A stretch of DNA of 63,898 nucleotides, the filler included. It is 10 parts of 10 records of this genome, joined end to end, with 100 filler letters (N's around TTAATTAATTAA, not from the genome) between each part and the next. Parts side by side here need not be neighbours in the genome. Positions count along the whole stretch, not along the records: positions 1 to 12,258 come from SRR7504441_4033; positions 12,359 to 16,761 come from SRR7504441_4035; positions 16,862 to 19,969 come from SRR7504441_4039; positions 20,070 to 24,372 come from SRR7504441_4049; 6 more parts are not named here. The stretch is one strand, 5' to 3'. This document shows, in pieces, positions 12,101 to 23,200 of this stretch. Position 1 is the stretch's first letter, and every line of letters starts with the position of its first letter. The translations under genes and the position numbers were made by a program. The notes below the pieces were generated by a model. It made no database searches, was not told where the DNA came from, and saw nothing but the letters and a program-made list of their open reading frames with translations.

Positions 12101-12258
12101 CACGCAGTCATAAGCTACGCCATGTCATTATTTAATGCACACCGTTCTCGGCCATCCCCAGGCAAGGATAGCAGGCGCCGCGCCGGAGACCACACTTCTG
12201 AAACTTGGCTGCGAAGGCCTCGACTGTTTGTGCGCGCACTGGCTCGCCACCCGACATG
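1..12258 (-). CDS. Hybrid FAAL/PKS/NRPS megasynthase, partial at both ends (FAAL-ACP-KS-P450-FAD oxidoreductase-ACP-X-X-C-A-T-KS-DH...)
   Basis: The 2806-aa ORF 3548..11968 extends upstream across GT-AG introns 12092..12142 and 11909..11963 (SGGEPVRAQTVEAFAAKFQKCGLRRGACYPCLGMAENAVYVTG, FAAL-like). It extends downstream across the in-frame GT-AG intron 3506..3562 into an open frame running to base 1, with A, carrier, KS and DH motifs that I translated by hand. Confidence 0.92.
255..1490 (-). other. Ketosynthase domain (KS2), canonical
   Basis: DPHQRILLE, GPCCSIDTACSSSL, CKTFDRRADGYGRG, EGHGTGTALGDPIE, KSNIGHTE, GVSSFGFAGTNAH. Confidence 0.93.
1560..1790 (-). other. Carrier (ACP/PCP) domain 3
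   Basis: PLMQAGLNSLSAVRL...LPAILVFQYPNVVAIAEHL. Confidence 0.85.
1860..3400 (-). other. NRPS adenylation domain
   Basis: Hand translation: AYVPLDP, LAYVLFTSGSTGRPKG, FDAS, NRYGPAE, GELQLGGIQLSCGY, LYATGD, GRVDFQIKLNGQRIE, LPAYMVP, NASGKLDR. Confidence 0.92.
3570..4810 (-). other. NRPS condensation domain
   Basis: PLSPMQQQMW, YNI, HDILRTRY, intact HHIACDG, YLDWAAW, VGYFVNTL. Confidence 0.92.
6470..6730 (-). other. Acyl carrier protein domain 2
   Basis: WGELGLTSVQVVQLARAISAEHGLELAPSDFYQHTTIKAM. Confidence 0.8.
6860..8095 (-). other. FAD/NAD(P)-dependent oxidoreductase domain (COG2907 / amine-oxidase-like)
   Basis: VCVVGAGAAGMSAA...VLEKQEVVGGHA, HPNVYALFDLIGVET, ATHPDQAL, LHRDASWMP, QGSKGAYFAGSY...HEDAMVSGLQAA. 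Confidence 0.85.
8130..9360 (-). other. Cytochrome P450 domain, CYP74-clan-like
   Basis: KEVLRLHTPVP (ExxR), FKDPNRFVPDRF (PERF), FGIGGLTGRRCPAQDL (heme Cys codon at 8293..8291), I-helix VLAAYAG with no acid-Thr pair. Confidence 0.88.
9770..10870 (-). other. Divergent ketosynthase domain (KS1)
   Basis: IDFFDAAYFG, EVACTSSHLALH (Cys), CRPLDQAADGLVRGE, HIHGIG (His), KANYGH (His). The C-terminal SSFG motif is degenerate. Confidence 0.85.
10930..11140 (-). other. Acyl carrier protein domain 1
   Basis: AAGLDSLKMIE phosphopantetheine Ser motif directly after the FAAL. Confidence 0.85.
11340..12258 (-). other. Fatty acyl-AMP ligase (FAAL) domain, C-terminal part
   Basis: [72 protein letters not shown]. 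Confidence 0.9.
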
Positions 12259-12358
12259 NNNNNNNNNNNNNNNNNNNNNNNNNNNNNNNNNNNNNNNNNN
12301 NNTTAATTAATTAANNNNNNNNNNNNNNNNNNNNNNNNNNNNNNNNNNNNNNNNNNNN
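12259..12358. other. Artificial contig spacer
   Basis: N44-TTAATTAATTAA-N44 with stops in all six frames. Identical spacers at 16762..16861, 19970..20069, 24373..24472, 30822..30921, 34081..34180, 48016..48115, 57197..57296 and 60687..60786. Confidence 0.98.
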
Positions 12359-12743
12359 ATGATACAATCATGTACCGGATTCAGCCTTGCAGAGTAATGA
12401 CATACCTTAAATATGCGGCTGTCTAGACCGACAGTTTAGTGGGACCTTTCGCTCGAGTTAACAAAAAAAAAAGCTCTTGATTAAGAAGTGTACTTATGTA
12501 ACCTTAGATCTACGAGTAACCTCTATATTAATTCTGTTAGTCCCCAACCGTCCAAGTGCCATTAAATTATAATAACGGAAATGGCTTGAGGGAGTATCAA
12601 TTGTCAATATCAAATGATTGAGCTCGCAGACTAACACTGGGAGCACGACGATCAGCCTTGTACATAAAGTCGCATCTAGCCCCCGGCGCCTTCAGCAATC
12701 TCGTCCTTGGACTCGATTCACGTGTATCGACCACCTAGTGGAT

Positions 12744-15700
12744 CTAGAACATAGCAAGCGGATGATTGTCCAACCGATCTGCAATTGGGTCTTCCACCAC
12801 ATATTTGACCAGAGGCGCCAAGTGCTGGCTCATGATCATCCACAGCGCCTCGGCGGGGAGCACATTGTCAGCCAGCGACATCTTTTGAGCAACCCGGGCC
12901 AGGAGCCGCGCAAAGTCGCGCCTGCTCACAGTGAAAAACTTGGATTGGCCCTCTGTGCCATGCGCAATCAGCAGCGCCTCGACATCGCCTGCAGCAAATG
13001 AAAGCAGCTGGGCGTCATCGAGGAGTGCATGCAGCTGTTGCAATGAGAAGGATTGATCTGGGTGACCAACATAGTGCGATATGATGTCGTCCAGACCCAT
13101 CACGGCACACTCCTGGTGCCGCTCGAACTGTGCCACCGCCCAGCCAGGCAGCTTAGCCCAGCTGCAAGGCGGGCTGCTGGGAATGGCCGGAGTGGATGAC
13201 TTGCTTGAGGCTGCTGCGATCGCCCGGGGGTGAGTTGGGTCGTCAGGCAGGTCCACGCAAGAGCAAGCAACCGGCAAGAGGTGCTCGGTCAGCAATTTAT
13301 CAAATGCAGAGAGAGCACAGCAGTCCGCCCCCCCAAACACCACGCGGGCTACGGAAGCGAGCACAGATAGGAAACCATCCCAGGACAAGACCGGCTTGAT
13401 GCCCGGTCGAGTAACCGCCATTGCAATCTGGGTGATCTCTGCTGGGGAAATGGCTCCCTCAGGCAGCATCAGCTTGGCACAGAGCGCTCGCAGCCCTCGG
13501 AGCGGCATCACACCATCAAATGCGCTCTCAGTGGCAACCAGTGGAGCCACGAAGCTCTTCCAAGGCTTCTGGGCGCTGCCTGGCGAGGCCTGCCAGTGAG
13601 ACCTCGGTGAAATACCAGGTGCAGGAACCGGTGTGGACGAGATCACGCGTAAATTGTAGTCATTCTTACGTGGCAGCGAGAAAAAGCACCAGAGATGCCC
13701 AAGCAGCTTTGTGGTCTCTGGGACAGCGATATGCTTCTTCAGTGCTTGGTGAAAGCCAATTAGACGCCTCTGCCACAGCTGATGCACAGCAATGTTCATT
13801 TCGTGGTGACATGCCAGTCGTGAAATCAGATGGCCGACCCTGGTGGCTGGGTCAGCCTCTGAGGTCCGCTCGACACATGCGCGCAACAACCGAAGCCAAT
13901 CAGACCAGGTCAGCACATCAGTTTGTCTGGGCTCGACTGCTGCACCAATCATCTCTTCCAGCACCTGCTCGAGGTCTTCTTGGCTCAAGAGCTCAGGCAC
14001 AATCGATGTCTTGGAAAGCACCTTAGACACCTCACTCATCCTGAGAGTCAGTCCAAGTGTGTCAATGTGCCCAGCCTTGCTCTTCTCGAGAGGGCGTTGC
14101 TCGAGCTTGGGGTTGGGCCTACCGTAATAGTAGAAGATTGATTGCAACAGTGTCCAGTTCTCCTCAAGTAACGCCACGACCGCCAGCTCATCTATCCTTG
14201 CATAGGCGCTCGCCATCAAACCGGCTGAGCCGCTCTTAGCCAAAGGGAGGATGCTCTGCCTAAGTAGCAAGCGCAATGCATCCCGGGCGATCGCTGTGTC
14301 CGCCCAGTCCTGACTGCTTCGGTCAATATCAGACTCTCGATCGCATGCCATGGCCACAAGCGCCAGCAGCAGGTGATGCATAGAAATGCACATAGAACGA
14401 TTCCACTGAGAGCCAAAGCAGCTGGAGAACACCTGGTCGACCAAATGACGAGAGTCGACCGCGTCGAGGCTGCGACCAAGCGCAGTTGCAAACAGCGAAA
14501 AGCCACGTGTCTGGTCGTCAAGCGAAAGCAGGCTGGGGGTCAGCTTTGAGTCAGCCATCAGCTGCAGGAACTGCGAGACAGACAGGCCGTCCTTTTGATT
14601 ATTCAGTTGGTACACTGTGTACAGCATCTCTATTGCTGGCGCAAATTCCTGCTCGCACATAACCGCCTGAAGTGAGCCAAGATTTGGGTCCGGGATCAGT
14701 GACTTCACCAGCTCCCCGTCAAACTCGGCTAGAGCACGGATATGAGCCCTGGGTCGGCCATCATGCTCGCCTGGAGGCATGGAACGGTGCGCCTCTGCAG
14801 AAATTTGGCACCCAATCGACTCGTGGTCATCATCCAGATCTGATTCTGAGTATACCTCCTTGTTTTCCACCATTCCTGAGAAGTAGTCCTCGCATGCCCT
14901 CTGCAGCTCGGGCAGAGAGATGGCGCCATCACGGTTTGTGTCGTATCGCAGCAACCGGCTGCGCTCTTCCAGCAACCAAGTTGTAAACTCATGTTTGGGC
15001 AGGAAAGTCAGGAGCTCGTTCACTGTGAGCTCACCATTGCGCTTGTGGCGATCGGCTTGGTTCATGATCCAGTCGGCCCACTGCGCAGGAGTCCTCTGGA
15101 CTGGCTCGGATCCGCTTTCTTCTGTGTCCTGCGGTGAATCGAGCCCCTGGCATGCCGGCTCTGCAGTCTGTGGAGCTCCTGGCGACTGTTGATCCCACAG
15201 TGCAGCAGTCAAGCCGGACAGTATCTTTGGAGACATGGGCTGCTCAAACAATTTCCCCATTTGCTCAGAGAACTCACCAAAGTCCATCAGCCCATCGTGC
15301 TCGTCAATCGATGTCTCGATCATCTCGACTTGTTCATCACTCAACCCTTTTGGATTGCCACCGTCCACTCGAGCGCACACCCACTTGGCCACAGACATCA
15401 GATCGCGGGTCTCGAGGACACCGCTGTCGTCAAGATCGAGCCTCTGAAACTCGTCGTTTGCTCCCTCCAACACCTCAGAGAGTGGTCTGGTTGATATCTC
15501 CTTCTCAGGCAGGGGTTCGGGATCTGTTGGTGTGGGCTCTGGCTCTGCCTGTGGGAGCTCCACATTGTCCCTGCGAGGAGTGAGCTGGTAGATCTTGTTC
15601 ATTGTTTCCTCACGCAACTTCCGAGCTGCCTGAACTTTCTCCATAGCTGCTGCTTCTTCACTCTGGGCCTTCTCCAGAGTCTCTTGCAGCTTGATTAACT

Positions 15701-16761
15701 CTTTGGTTTTCACATCTGAATCATCCGCCGGCACCACAATCTCCAAGTCCTGGTTAGCGGAGGAAGTAGTGTCAATCGTGACAACTCCATCAAGCACTCG
15801 GGACAGGTGTTCTTGAGCTGATCCTTCTGCAGGCTCAGGTGTTGTCTGCGACTGAATTTTATCCTCATTGTCTTCCATAGAATCCGAGAGGTACATGACA
15901 ACCTTGTCCTCTTCGCTCTGAGGTGAAGGTGAGTTGGGTGCTCTCATCTGCGAATGGGTTGATTTTCCCTCACTGGCCTCCCCCTCAAAGGCATCCACCG
16001 CACCCTGGCCATGGACTCGCTCAGTTTCATCAATGCAGCCGTCCTGATTGGATTCAATCTGATCCAAAGCGGGCTCAGTGACAACAAATTCGTCCTCCTG
16101 CTTGACGGATGAAGACACATCAATTGAGACAATCCCATCAAGCACATGGGTTAGGTGCCGAGTAGATTCGCTGGCTCGCATACGAATCTCATGGGTCTCA
16201 CTCTCGGGCGGTGAAGGCCGAGTAATCACCCGATCTGATCCAAGTGCCTCCACTAACGCTTCTGGAGCAGGACGTGTGGAGTCTCCTTTGAAGGTCTGTT
16301 GTGACATGTGCTCCATAGGCTCATCAGGCTGAGCTTGCAGTGCAGTAGATTTGGGCGCAGTGGGCTCTTGTTCGCGAGAGCTCAACACAGCTTTCCACGA
16401 AGACTTGAACCAGGTAGAGAACTCATCAAACTCCATCCCACTGCCGTTTAAGTCGAGCCAGCTGGCCAGCTTGGCCTTGTGTTGACTGCGCTCGGAAGGA
16501 GAGAGAGGCACGCCACCTGGATTAAAGCAGTCCCACAGCCATGTTGCGAGCTCAAACAGTGCAGATTTCTGAAGCGCTCCACTGCTGTTGATTTCCAATA
16601 GCATGCGATCGAATCGCGCCCGTGCATGTAGGAGCGCCCTGGACATATCGTTTGAGAGGTGACAACCGAGCCTGAGCGTTGAAGGCCGCTCGGGCGAACG
16701 AGGCAGCCCTGTGCCTTCTATCTGGGTCCGGACCAGCCCAGCCTTGATGCTGTCCTGGGTC
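12744..16761 (-). CDS. Large multi-EF-hand protein, 5'-partial
   Basis: The 1300-aa ORF stays open to the contig edge. EF-hand-like loops: DLDDSGVLETRDL, DEHDGLMDFGEF, DRHKRNGELTVNEL, DTNRDGAISLPEL. Confidence 0.75.
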
Positions 16762-16862
16762 NNNNNNNNNNNNNNNNNNNNNNNNNNNNNNNNNNNNNNN
16801 NNNNNTTAATTAATTAANNNNNNNNNNNNNNNNNNNNNNNNNNNNNNNNNNNNNNNNNNNNA

Positions 16863-16919
16863 GACCGGTGCACGCTCGCCGACGTGTTGCAGGACCCGTG
16901 GGTCACCGGCAACTCGTGA
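16863..16919 (+). CDS. 3' end of a probable Ser/Thr protein kinase gene
   Basis: DRCTLADVLQDPWVTGNS* resembles kinase subdomain XI (RxTxxExLxHPW), at the contig start. Confidence 0.55.
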   Translation, partial: DRCTLADVLQDPWVTGNS

Positions 16920-17378
16920 GCCTGATCGGCGTGTCGAGCATGCGACGTGGCTGTAGGGGCGTCGAGGCTTGATCTAGAGGCCGACTGAGCACTGCTCGAA
17001 TAGCGGAATGAGCGGACTTGTAAGCTTAGAGGCCGGAACGTCATCTGTACGTATACACGTGTAGATGATATCTATAGAGATACTAGAATGAAGCATGGAC
17101 TTGAACATTACACTTGCGTATACGAGTAATTTGTCATCGGGCCGGGCGCCCGCGCACCCGGTTGAGGCGGCAAAAGTCTATCTCAAGCTAGATTACTAGC
17201 ATAGTATAGAGTGGTCGGATCGCGCCGGCCAAACGCAAGCGAAACATCCGTGACCGCCCGACTGCCTCGGTTCCCCCCTCGGAGCCGCTCTGCCGACCCC
17301 CTGCATAGTGTGAACCAATCTGGAACTAATGTGATAGTTGATCGTTACTAATAATGCCTATAAAAAGGCGAAAAATGA

Positions 17379-18288
17379 TTAATACCCTTTGGCAATGTAC
17401 TTTTTGTTGCTTTTCAATGATGCTCCATGTACCACCCGATACTTGCTCCTCGACATCCAATCGTTCCCAGTGGCCTTCTCACTCATTACATAAACGTCGC
17501 CATGGGTAACAGTAATGTCAACTGGGGCTCCAAAGGGGTCCGAACTCCCGGGTGCACGCCACTGGTACCTGCACTTCGGTCTCTAGCGGCCGACCAACTG
17601 CTAGTACTAATTCGGCACCTTAAAGTGGATTCGTTTCCAAGAGAGACGCAAATCACAATCTTGCGCTCTGATACACCAGGTGAGAACCAGAGGGTTGTAT
17701 ATTAGGGAGAGGATTGCCTGCATCGCCATGGAACCCAATCCCTGATTGTGGGTTGTAGTAATGATTCCCTTCAGCATTCAGCCCTTCTGCTTTAGGCCCA
17801 AATATCTGTGGGAGCGCATACCGGCAGTATTCACCCGCTGTGTTCCTGCTTGCGTTTCTCGCGCTTGCGGTTGGCTCGTCGCGCTTACGTTTCTCGCCCT
17901 TTTTGCTCGGTTCCGCCTGCGGGTTTGGCTGACGCGGGTGCTTGGCGGCGGTAGAGTCGGCTGGAAGCAACGCCATCCACTCGCTCCGGAGCCGCTGGGC
18001 CTGGGGGTGGGCTTCGGTCAGGCTAGGCGCTTTGAGGAGCCTCTTGAGGGAGTGGCCCACTTTGGTGGCAGCAAGCAACTGTATGCACATCTGGACTTTG
18101 CCGAGAGTTTTGAGTGCCTCGAGGGCAGCGGCCAGGTTGTGGTTGTGGCACGCCGCGTCAATCTGGTCTCTGCACTGGGCCACCACGGCCTGCTGGCTTT
18201 GCACTGTCTCGTTAGCGCTGACCGGCTGCTCTGTGTTGTTAGCGCTGACCGGCTCCGAGTTGTTGGCTCCGTGCTGCGGCGAAGACAT
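17379..18288 (-). CDS. TFIIS N-terminal (LW) domain fused to a 2OG-Fe(II) oxygenase-like domain
   Basis: LEALKTLGKVQMCIQLLAATKVGHSLKRL...AQRLRSEW, then AEGNHYY...GIGFHGDA|ERKIVICVSLG...|YQW...HGDVYVMSEKATGNDW...RVVHGA. This needs introns 17668..17717 (GC-AG) and 17569..17618 (GT-AG). Stop TAA at 17381..17379. Confidence 0.8.
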
Positions 18289-18415
18289 GGCGGCTCTGTT
18301 GTCTCCAGAGCGGTTTCAGTGAACCGCCGCCATTCTAACGGCAACTTTGCCGATTTTCAACCAACGGCAACGCACTTTGCCACCGATCGGTCCTGGGCAC
18401 ATCTCGTCTGGTGGC

Positions 18416-18843
18416 ATGTCTGACAACAAGGTTCAGCCGGAGTCGGGGATCGACTACGGCGACCCGTTCCTGAACCGCTCGAACTTGGCCCCGGAGTACC
18501 CGCCGGACGAGCCGTTCAAGCTGTGCATCAAGACCACGCTGGGGGACATCGTGTTCAGCATCGAGGCGACCGATGCCACCACCGTCTTCGAGCTCAAGGA
18601 GAAGATCGAGCGGCAGGAGAAGTTCCCGGCCGGCGCGATCGAGCTCACCTTCGACGTCGAGGAGATGGAAAATCATAAGCGGCTCGGCGAGTTCCACTGG
18701 CTGCATGTGCACGCCTGGCGGGACTGTCTGTACATGCACACAAAGTACAATCGCAACAACCACTGGAAGTGGAGCCGGAAGACCAAGGTGCGCGCGCCGG
18801 GCCGGGCGCGCTGAGGGGGTGGCAGGGGTGGGAACCCAAGTGA
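18416..18843 (+). CDS. Ubiquitin-like domain protein
   Basis: FKLCIKTTLGDIVFSIEATDATTVFELKEKIERQEKFPAGAIELTFD. A probable terminal intron 18788..18825 gives ...KTKGWEPK*; without it the stop is at 18814. Confidence 0.7.
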
Positions 18844-19052
18844 GCGGACAGTGCGGGTAGCACCGCATAGCACCTTCTAAATAGACCTACGTATAGTACA
18901 TTGGGGCAGGCTCCTGTGGGCGTGCCCGATGATTTAAAATTAACACCGTGTACCCTTCTGGTCCATCTATAGAATACAAGTTAAATAGGCTCGTAATGAA
19001 AGAGCGTGCCAACTACGATACTCGTTGTTACTCGATGCACGGGGACGGCTAA

Positions 19053-19814
19053 TCAATCACTCGGGCTATCGATCTCCTCAGGCAGCCATCCGTCGAGGTT
19101 GCCGGGGTTACTCACAGGCGAGAGCGGCGTGTTACCGCTGGTGTCCTCGCAGACGTACTCCTCGGACGGCAAGCTCGAGTTGCCGGCCTTGAGCAGCACC
19201 CTCACGGGCGGCCCCGGGCTCTCTAGTTGGAGTTTAACCCCGCCCAGTGCCCGAGTAGGCGAGTCCGGACTCGGGCTCACGGTCGGGCTCCGCGCCTGGC
19301 TGATTGGGAGCACCATGGCCCCGCGCTCACAGTGCGGCCGCCAGAGTGCCGAGTTTAGCAGCAGCTGGCTCACCGCCCGGTGCCCGCGCCCGCGCGCCTT
19401 GTCTATTGCGGTTTGCTCGAGCAGGTCAGCCCGGCCCGGGTCGGCGTTATGCTCCAGCAGCAGCTTGGTGGCCAGCAGCTGCCCGCTCTCGGCTGCCACC
19501 ATCAGCGCCGTCTTCCCGTCCGCGTCCGTCTGTTCAAGGTCGCACCGGCCCTCCAGCAGCGCCGACAGCATCGGCTGCCGGCCGCGCCAGGCGGCCGCCA
19601 TCAGTGCAGTCCTGCCGGTCGGGGTGCCACTGTCCAGGTCAAAGTTGTGCTGCTGATACTCGCGCAGCAGCTCCAAATCCCCCGCGAGAGCCCCGTTGAT
19701 CAGCGCCGCCACCCGGGCCTCCGGCGGGGTGTCCTCGAAGGTCCGGCGGGCCGGCGGCGGCGGTGGCGGCGCCGGCGGCTCCTTGGGCTCGGCCGCCTTG
19801 CCCTTCTTGCCCAT
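19053..19814 (-). CDS. Ankyrin-repeat protein
   Basis: GRTALMAAAWRG, DGKTALMVAAESG, LLEHNADP, EQTAIDKARGRGH. Confidence 0.85.
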   Translation of the reverse strand: MGKKGKAAEPKEPPAPPPPPPARRTFEDTPPEARVAALINGALAGDLELLREYQQHNFDLDSGTPTGRTALMAAAWRGRQPMLSALLEGRCDLEQTDADGKTALMVAAESGQLLATKLLLEHNADPGRADLLEQTAIDKARGRGHRAVSQLLLNSALWRPHCERGAMVLPISQARSPTVSPSPDSPTRALGGVKLQLESPGPPVRVLLKAGNSSLPSEEYVCEDTSGNTPLSPVSNPGNLDGWLPEEIDSPSD

Positions 19815-20248
19815 CGTCGCCTTGTCTCTGCAGCTGTGCCTTCTTGGGATCACACAGCTAGCTAGGAAACGGTCCGCGCGCAGCAGGTATGATTGGGATT
19901 CGAAGATTTACTTATGGTTTACTATTCTATACCAGATCAGTACTATGGCACGATTAATGCAACCGGACTNNNNNNNNNNNNNNNNNNNNNNNNNNNNNNN
20001 NNNNNNNNNNNNNTTAATTAATTAANNNNNNNNNNNNNNNNNNNNNNNNNNNNNNNNNNNNNNNNNNNNCAGCCTCTCGAAGCAGGCTAGAGCTCTCACC
20101 CTGTTTCGTCCTCGTCGACGCCCCGTGACTAGTGCGTGACTCCTCACTCGTCCTGTTCCCGTCGGTGCTTCCGCAACCCTGAATCACAACGGCGACTCGG
20201 CAGCAGGGCTCGGGTTGGGTGTGGCTCGCGTGAGCGGCTGGGGTGGTG

Positions 20249-23200
20249 ATGCCGGAGGATGAGGCGCTGGTCAACTACCGGTCGCGGAGCGTGCTGCTGA
20301 CTGGCGGGACTGGGCTGCTGGGCAAGCAGGTGCTGTGCCAGCTGCTGGCCCAGCCGGCCGGTCCGGAGCCGGGCGCCATCTTCGTGCTGCTCCGGAACCG
20401 TGGGGCGGCCGATGCGGCGCACAGGCTCGAGCGCGAGGTGCGGGGCCGGGCTGTCCGCCGGCCAGCGCAGGCAGGTGCTCAGCTCGCCGATCTTCGAACG
20501 GCTGCGCGGTCGGGCAGGCTGGGCAGACCGGCTGGTGGCTCTGACCGGCGACCTGGCGCTAAAGGACCTCGGGCTGAGCTCCGCCGAGTGGCGGCGGCTT
20601 CGGCGGGTTGAGATCGTCGTGCACTGCGCGCGCACCACCAGCACCGCAGCCGCGGCGGCGGCGACCAACGGCTCGTCTGCGGCTCGGCTGTTTGGCCGAC
20701 TGGCGAGCATGCGACCGGCGAGCTCTCTGTGCTTTGTGTACTGCGGGTGCATATTCGGTCACGTGCTGCTGGCCCCGCTGCCCCAGGCGTTGGTCCGCGA
20801 GCTTGAGGCGCAGCTGGCCGCTGACTGGAGCGCGCGGACTGCCCTGGCCGGGCTGCGGGCCGCGGCTGTGCCGTGTTTGGACCTGGCGATGCAGGCGCTG
20901 GGCGAGCAGCAGCTCGAGCGCCAGTTTAGAGCGGCCCAGGCCGGCGGGTTCGCCGGGGCTGCCGGGGCAGTCCGGCTGGGGGTGCTAGGCCCTGGCTACC
21001 GGGTGGGTTTGGGCGCTCTGGGAGCCGCTGTGCTGCACGGTGAGTGCGCCGAGCTCAGGACGGCAACGGCGCTCGACCCGAGCCAACCGGCCATGCTGGT
21101 GCCGTCCGACATGGCCGCGCGGCTGGTGCTGCTGGCTGGAGCCCGGTGCCAACCCTAAAGCTGCTGCTGAGCTCTAGGTACAGGCTGCTCTCGACCGCGC
21201 GCGACTCGCGATTCGAGCGACACCACTATGCGAGCGCCCAGCAGAATCCGCTGCACTGGGGCCGGCTGCTCCGAGCTATCAAGGACCAGACTGGCGACCA
21301 GCCGTACAAGGTCCGGGCTGGGGAGGAGAGCAGGATGCTCAGGTTCCGGCCACTGGCGGGGATCCCGCTCGCAGAGACCGAATCGCTCTGGGCCCGGCTG
21401 CCGGATCACGACCCAGCCAGACTAGATAAGGTCTAGTGCCCGCCGGCGGTCTGAGTTGGGTGCCAGGTCGACTGGAGCAAGTACCTCCGGCGCGCGTTCG
21501 GGCCGTCAATCATGGAGCTCGGGGAGCGGCCCAGCTGGAGCTCGGCCGGAGCTGGGCTCTGGCGCTCGCTGGCTCGGAGCGGCGGGCTGGACCTAGCTTG
21601 GGTGCGCAGTCAGCACAAACAAGCCGGGCTGGCAGCCGCGCCGGCGATTCAGCTGAGCAAGATCGAGGGGCATATCATGGATCGACTGCCAGGCCAGCGA
21701 GCAGCAGAGGAGAAACTGCGGCTAAAGCGGCTGGTCAAGGACATGGTGGGCGGCCCCAGAAGATCGGCGGTGACCGTTATTGCATACATGCTGCGAAAGG
21801 TGAGCTGGGATGCACCGTTTCTCTGATTTATCGATCGAGCTGCAGGTTTGGCGGCGAATGTTCGACTCGATCAGCGCTGAAGTGGATGCCCTCGAGACTG
21901 TCAGGGCAGCCGTGGCCAAAAAGGGCACACCAGTCATAATCTTACCGACACACCGCTCCTTTGCAGACTTTCTGATTGTTTCCTTCATGATGTATGCTTC
22001 TGGCCTACCGCTCCCGCATGTTGCAGCTAAGGACGATATGGCAAAAATGGGTCCTATTTCGTTACTTTTGCGGAACACTGGTGCTTTCTTCCTGCGACGG
22101 GGTGCCCGAAGAGACGACGACGAGCTTTATCAAGCTGTTTTTTCTGTCTATGTGCAGTATCTTGTTAGTACACAGCCTGCGTTTGAGTTTTATATCGAAG
22201 GCGCCCGCTCGAGGGATGGCAAATTGATGAGACCTAAGATGGGGCTCCTGGCTCAAGTTTGCAGTTGCTTTTTTGAAAACCAGGTTGCATGCGCAAGTTT
22301 TATCGGTGTGCTGCAGTCTGATTGGCTCGGTCAGGTGGATGACCTTCTGTTCCTGCCGGTGTCCATCACATATGAGAAGGTACCGGAACCTTTGGGTCTT
22401 CTAGACGGCAGCATTCGCGCAGGATCTAGCAGGATCATGCCGCTCCTGCTCAATCATCTATCACGCGGATGTGGTCAGGTCTGCTTGCCATGCAGGCAGA
22501 ATGGCACTCACCCGCTCAACTTCAGGTGCGGGTCAAAGTCCAAGAACCAATATCGCTGCAAGAACTGTGCGCCGAGCATCGTGTTCCGCCCGAAGCGTCG
22601 GCGACTGAAGTCAAAACAGAAGGCTCTCCGCATTGGCGACTCATCAACCACCTGGCACTCCGCGTAATGGGCGAGCTGGCGCAGGCTTCTATTGCTATGC
22701 CATCTGCACTTGTTGCGGCTGCATATCTAGTGCAGCCTCAGGGTGCTGTAGTCACCCTGGGCATGCTAGCCACCCAGGTTGAACAGCTGTCCAGTGAGCT
22801 CAAGCGTCGGGCGGGCGCGGGGATAGTCGAACAGGCAAGTTCGGTCGAGCGCGGCTTGGCCATGCTTGATTGCTCGCTTTCTGTGAATAAGGCTGGCCAA
22901 GTGACTCTCCTCGATGGCGGGGCTATAGAAGTGACATACTACAGCAATACACTGGCACATTGGTTTGTAGCAGATGCCCTGATTCTATCTACAATGTGGT
23001 GTATAGCTCCCCTAAAAGGCAGCAAGCTTGAGTTGCCGAAATCACAACTCCAGGCAGCCACCCTTGGTGTGCGGTGCTTGATTACATGATGGTGCTCAGG
23101 AGCAGCTGGCCCGAGTGCGACACCTTCTCGACCCATGGTTTGCATTTGGTCTGGATCCTGCCAGCCACGTCCAGCTAGCCCTCCCGTTAGACGCAGACCA

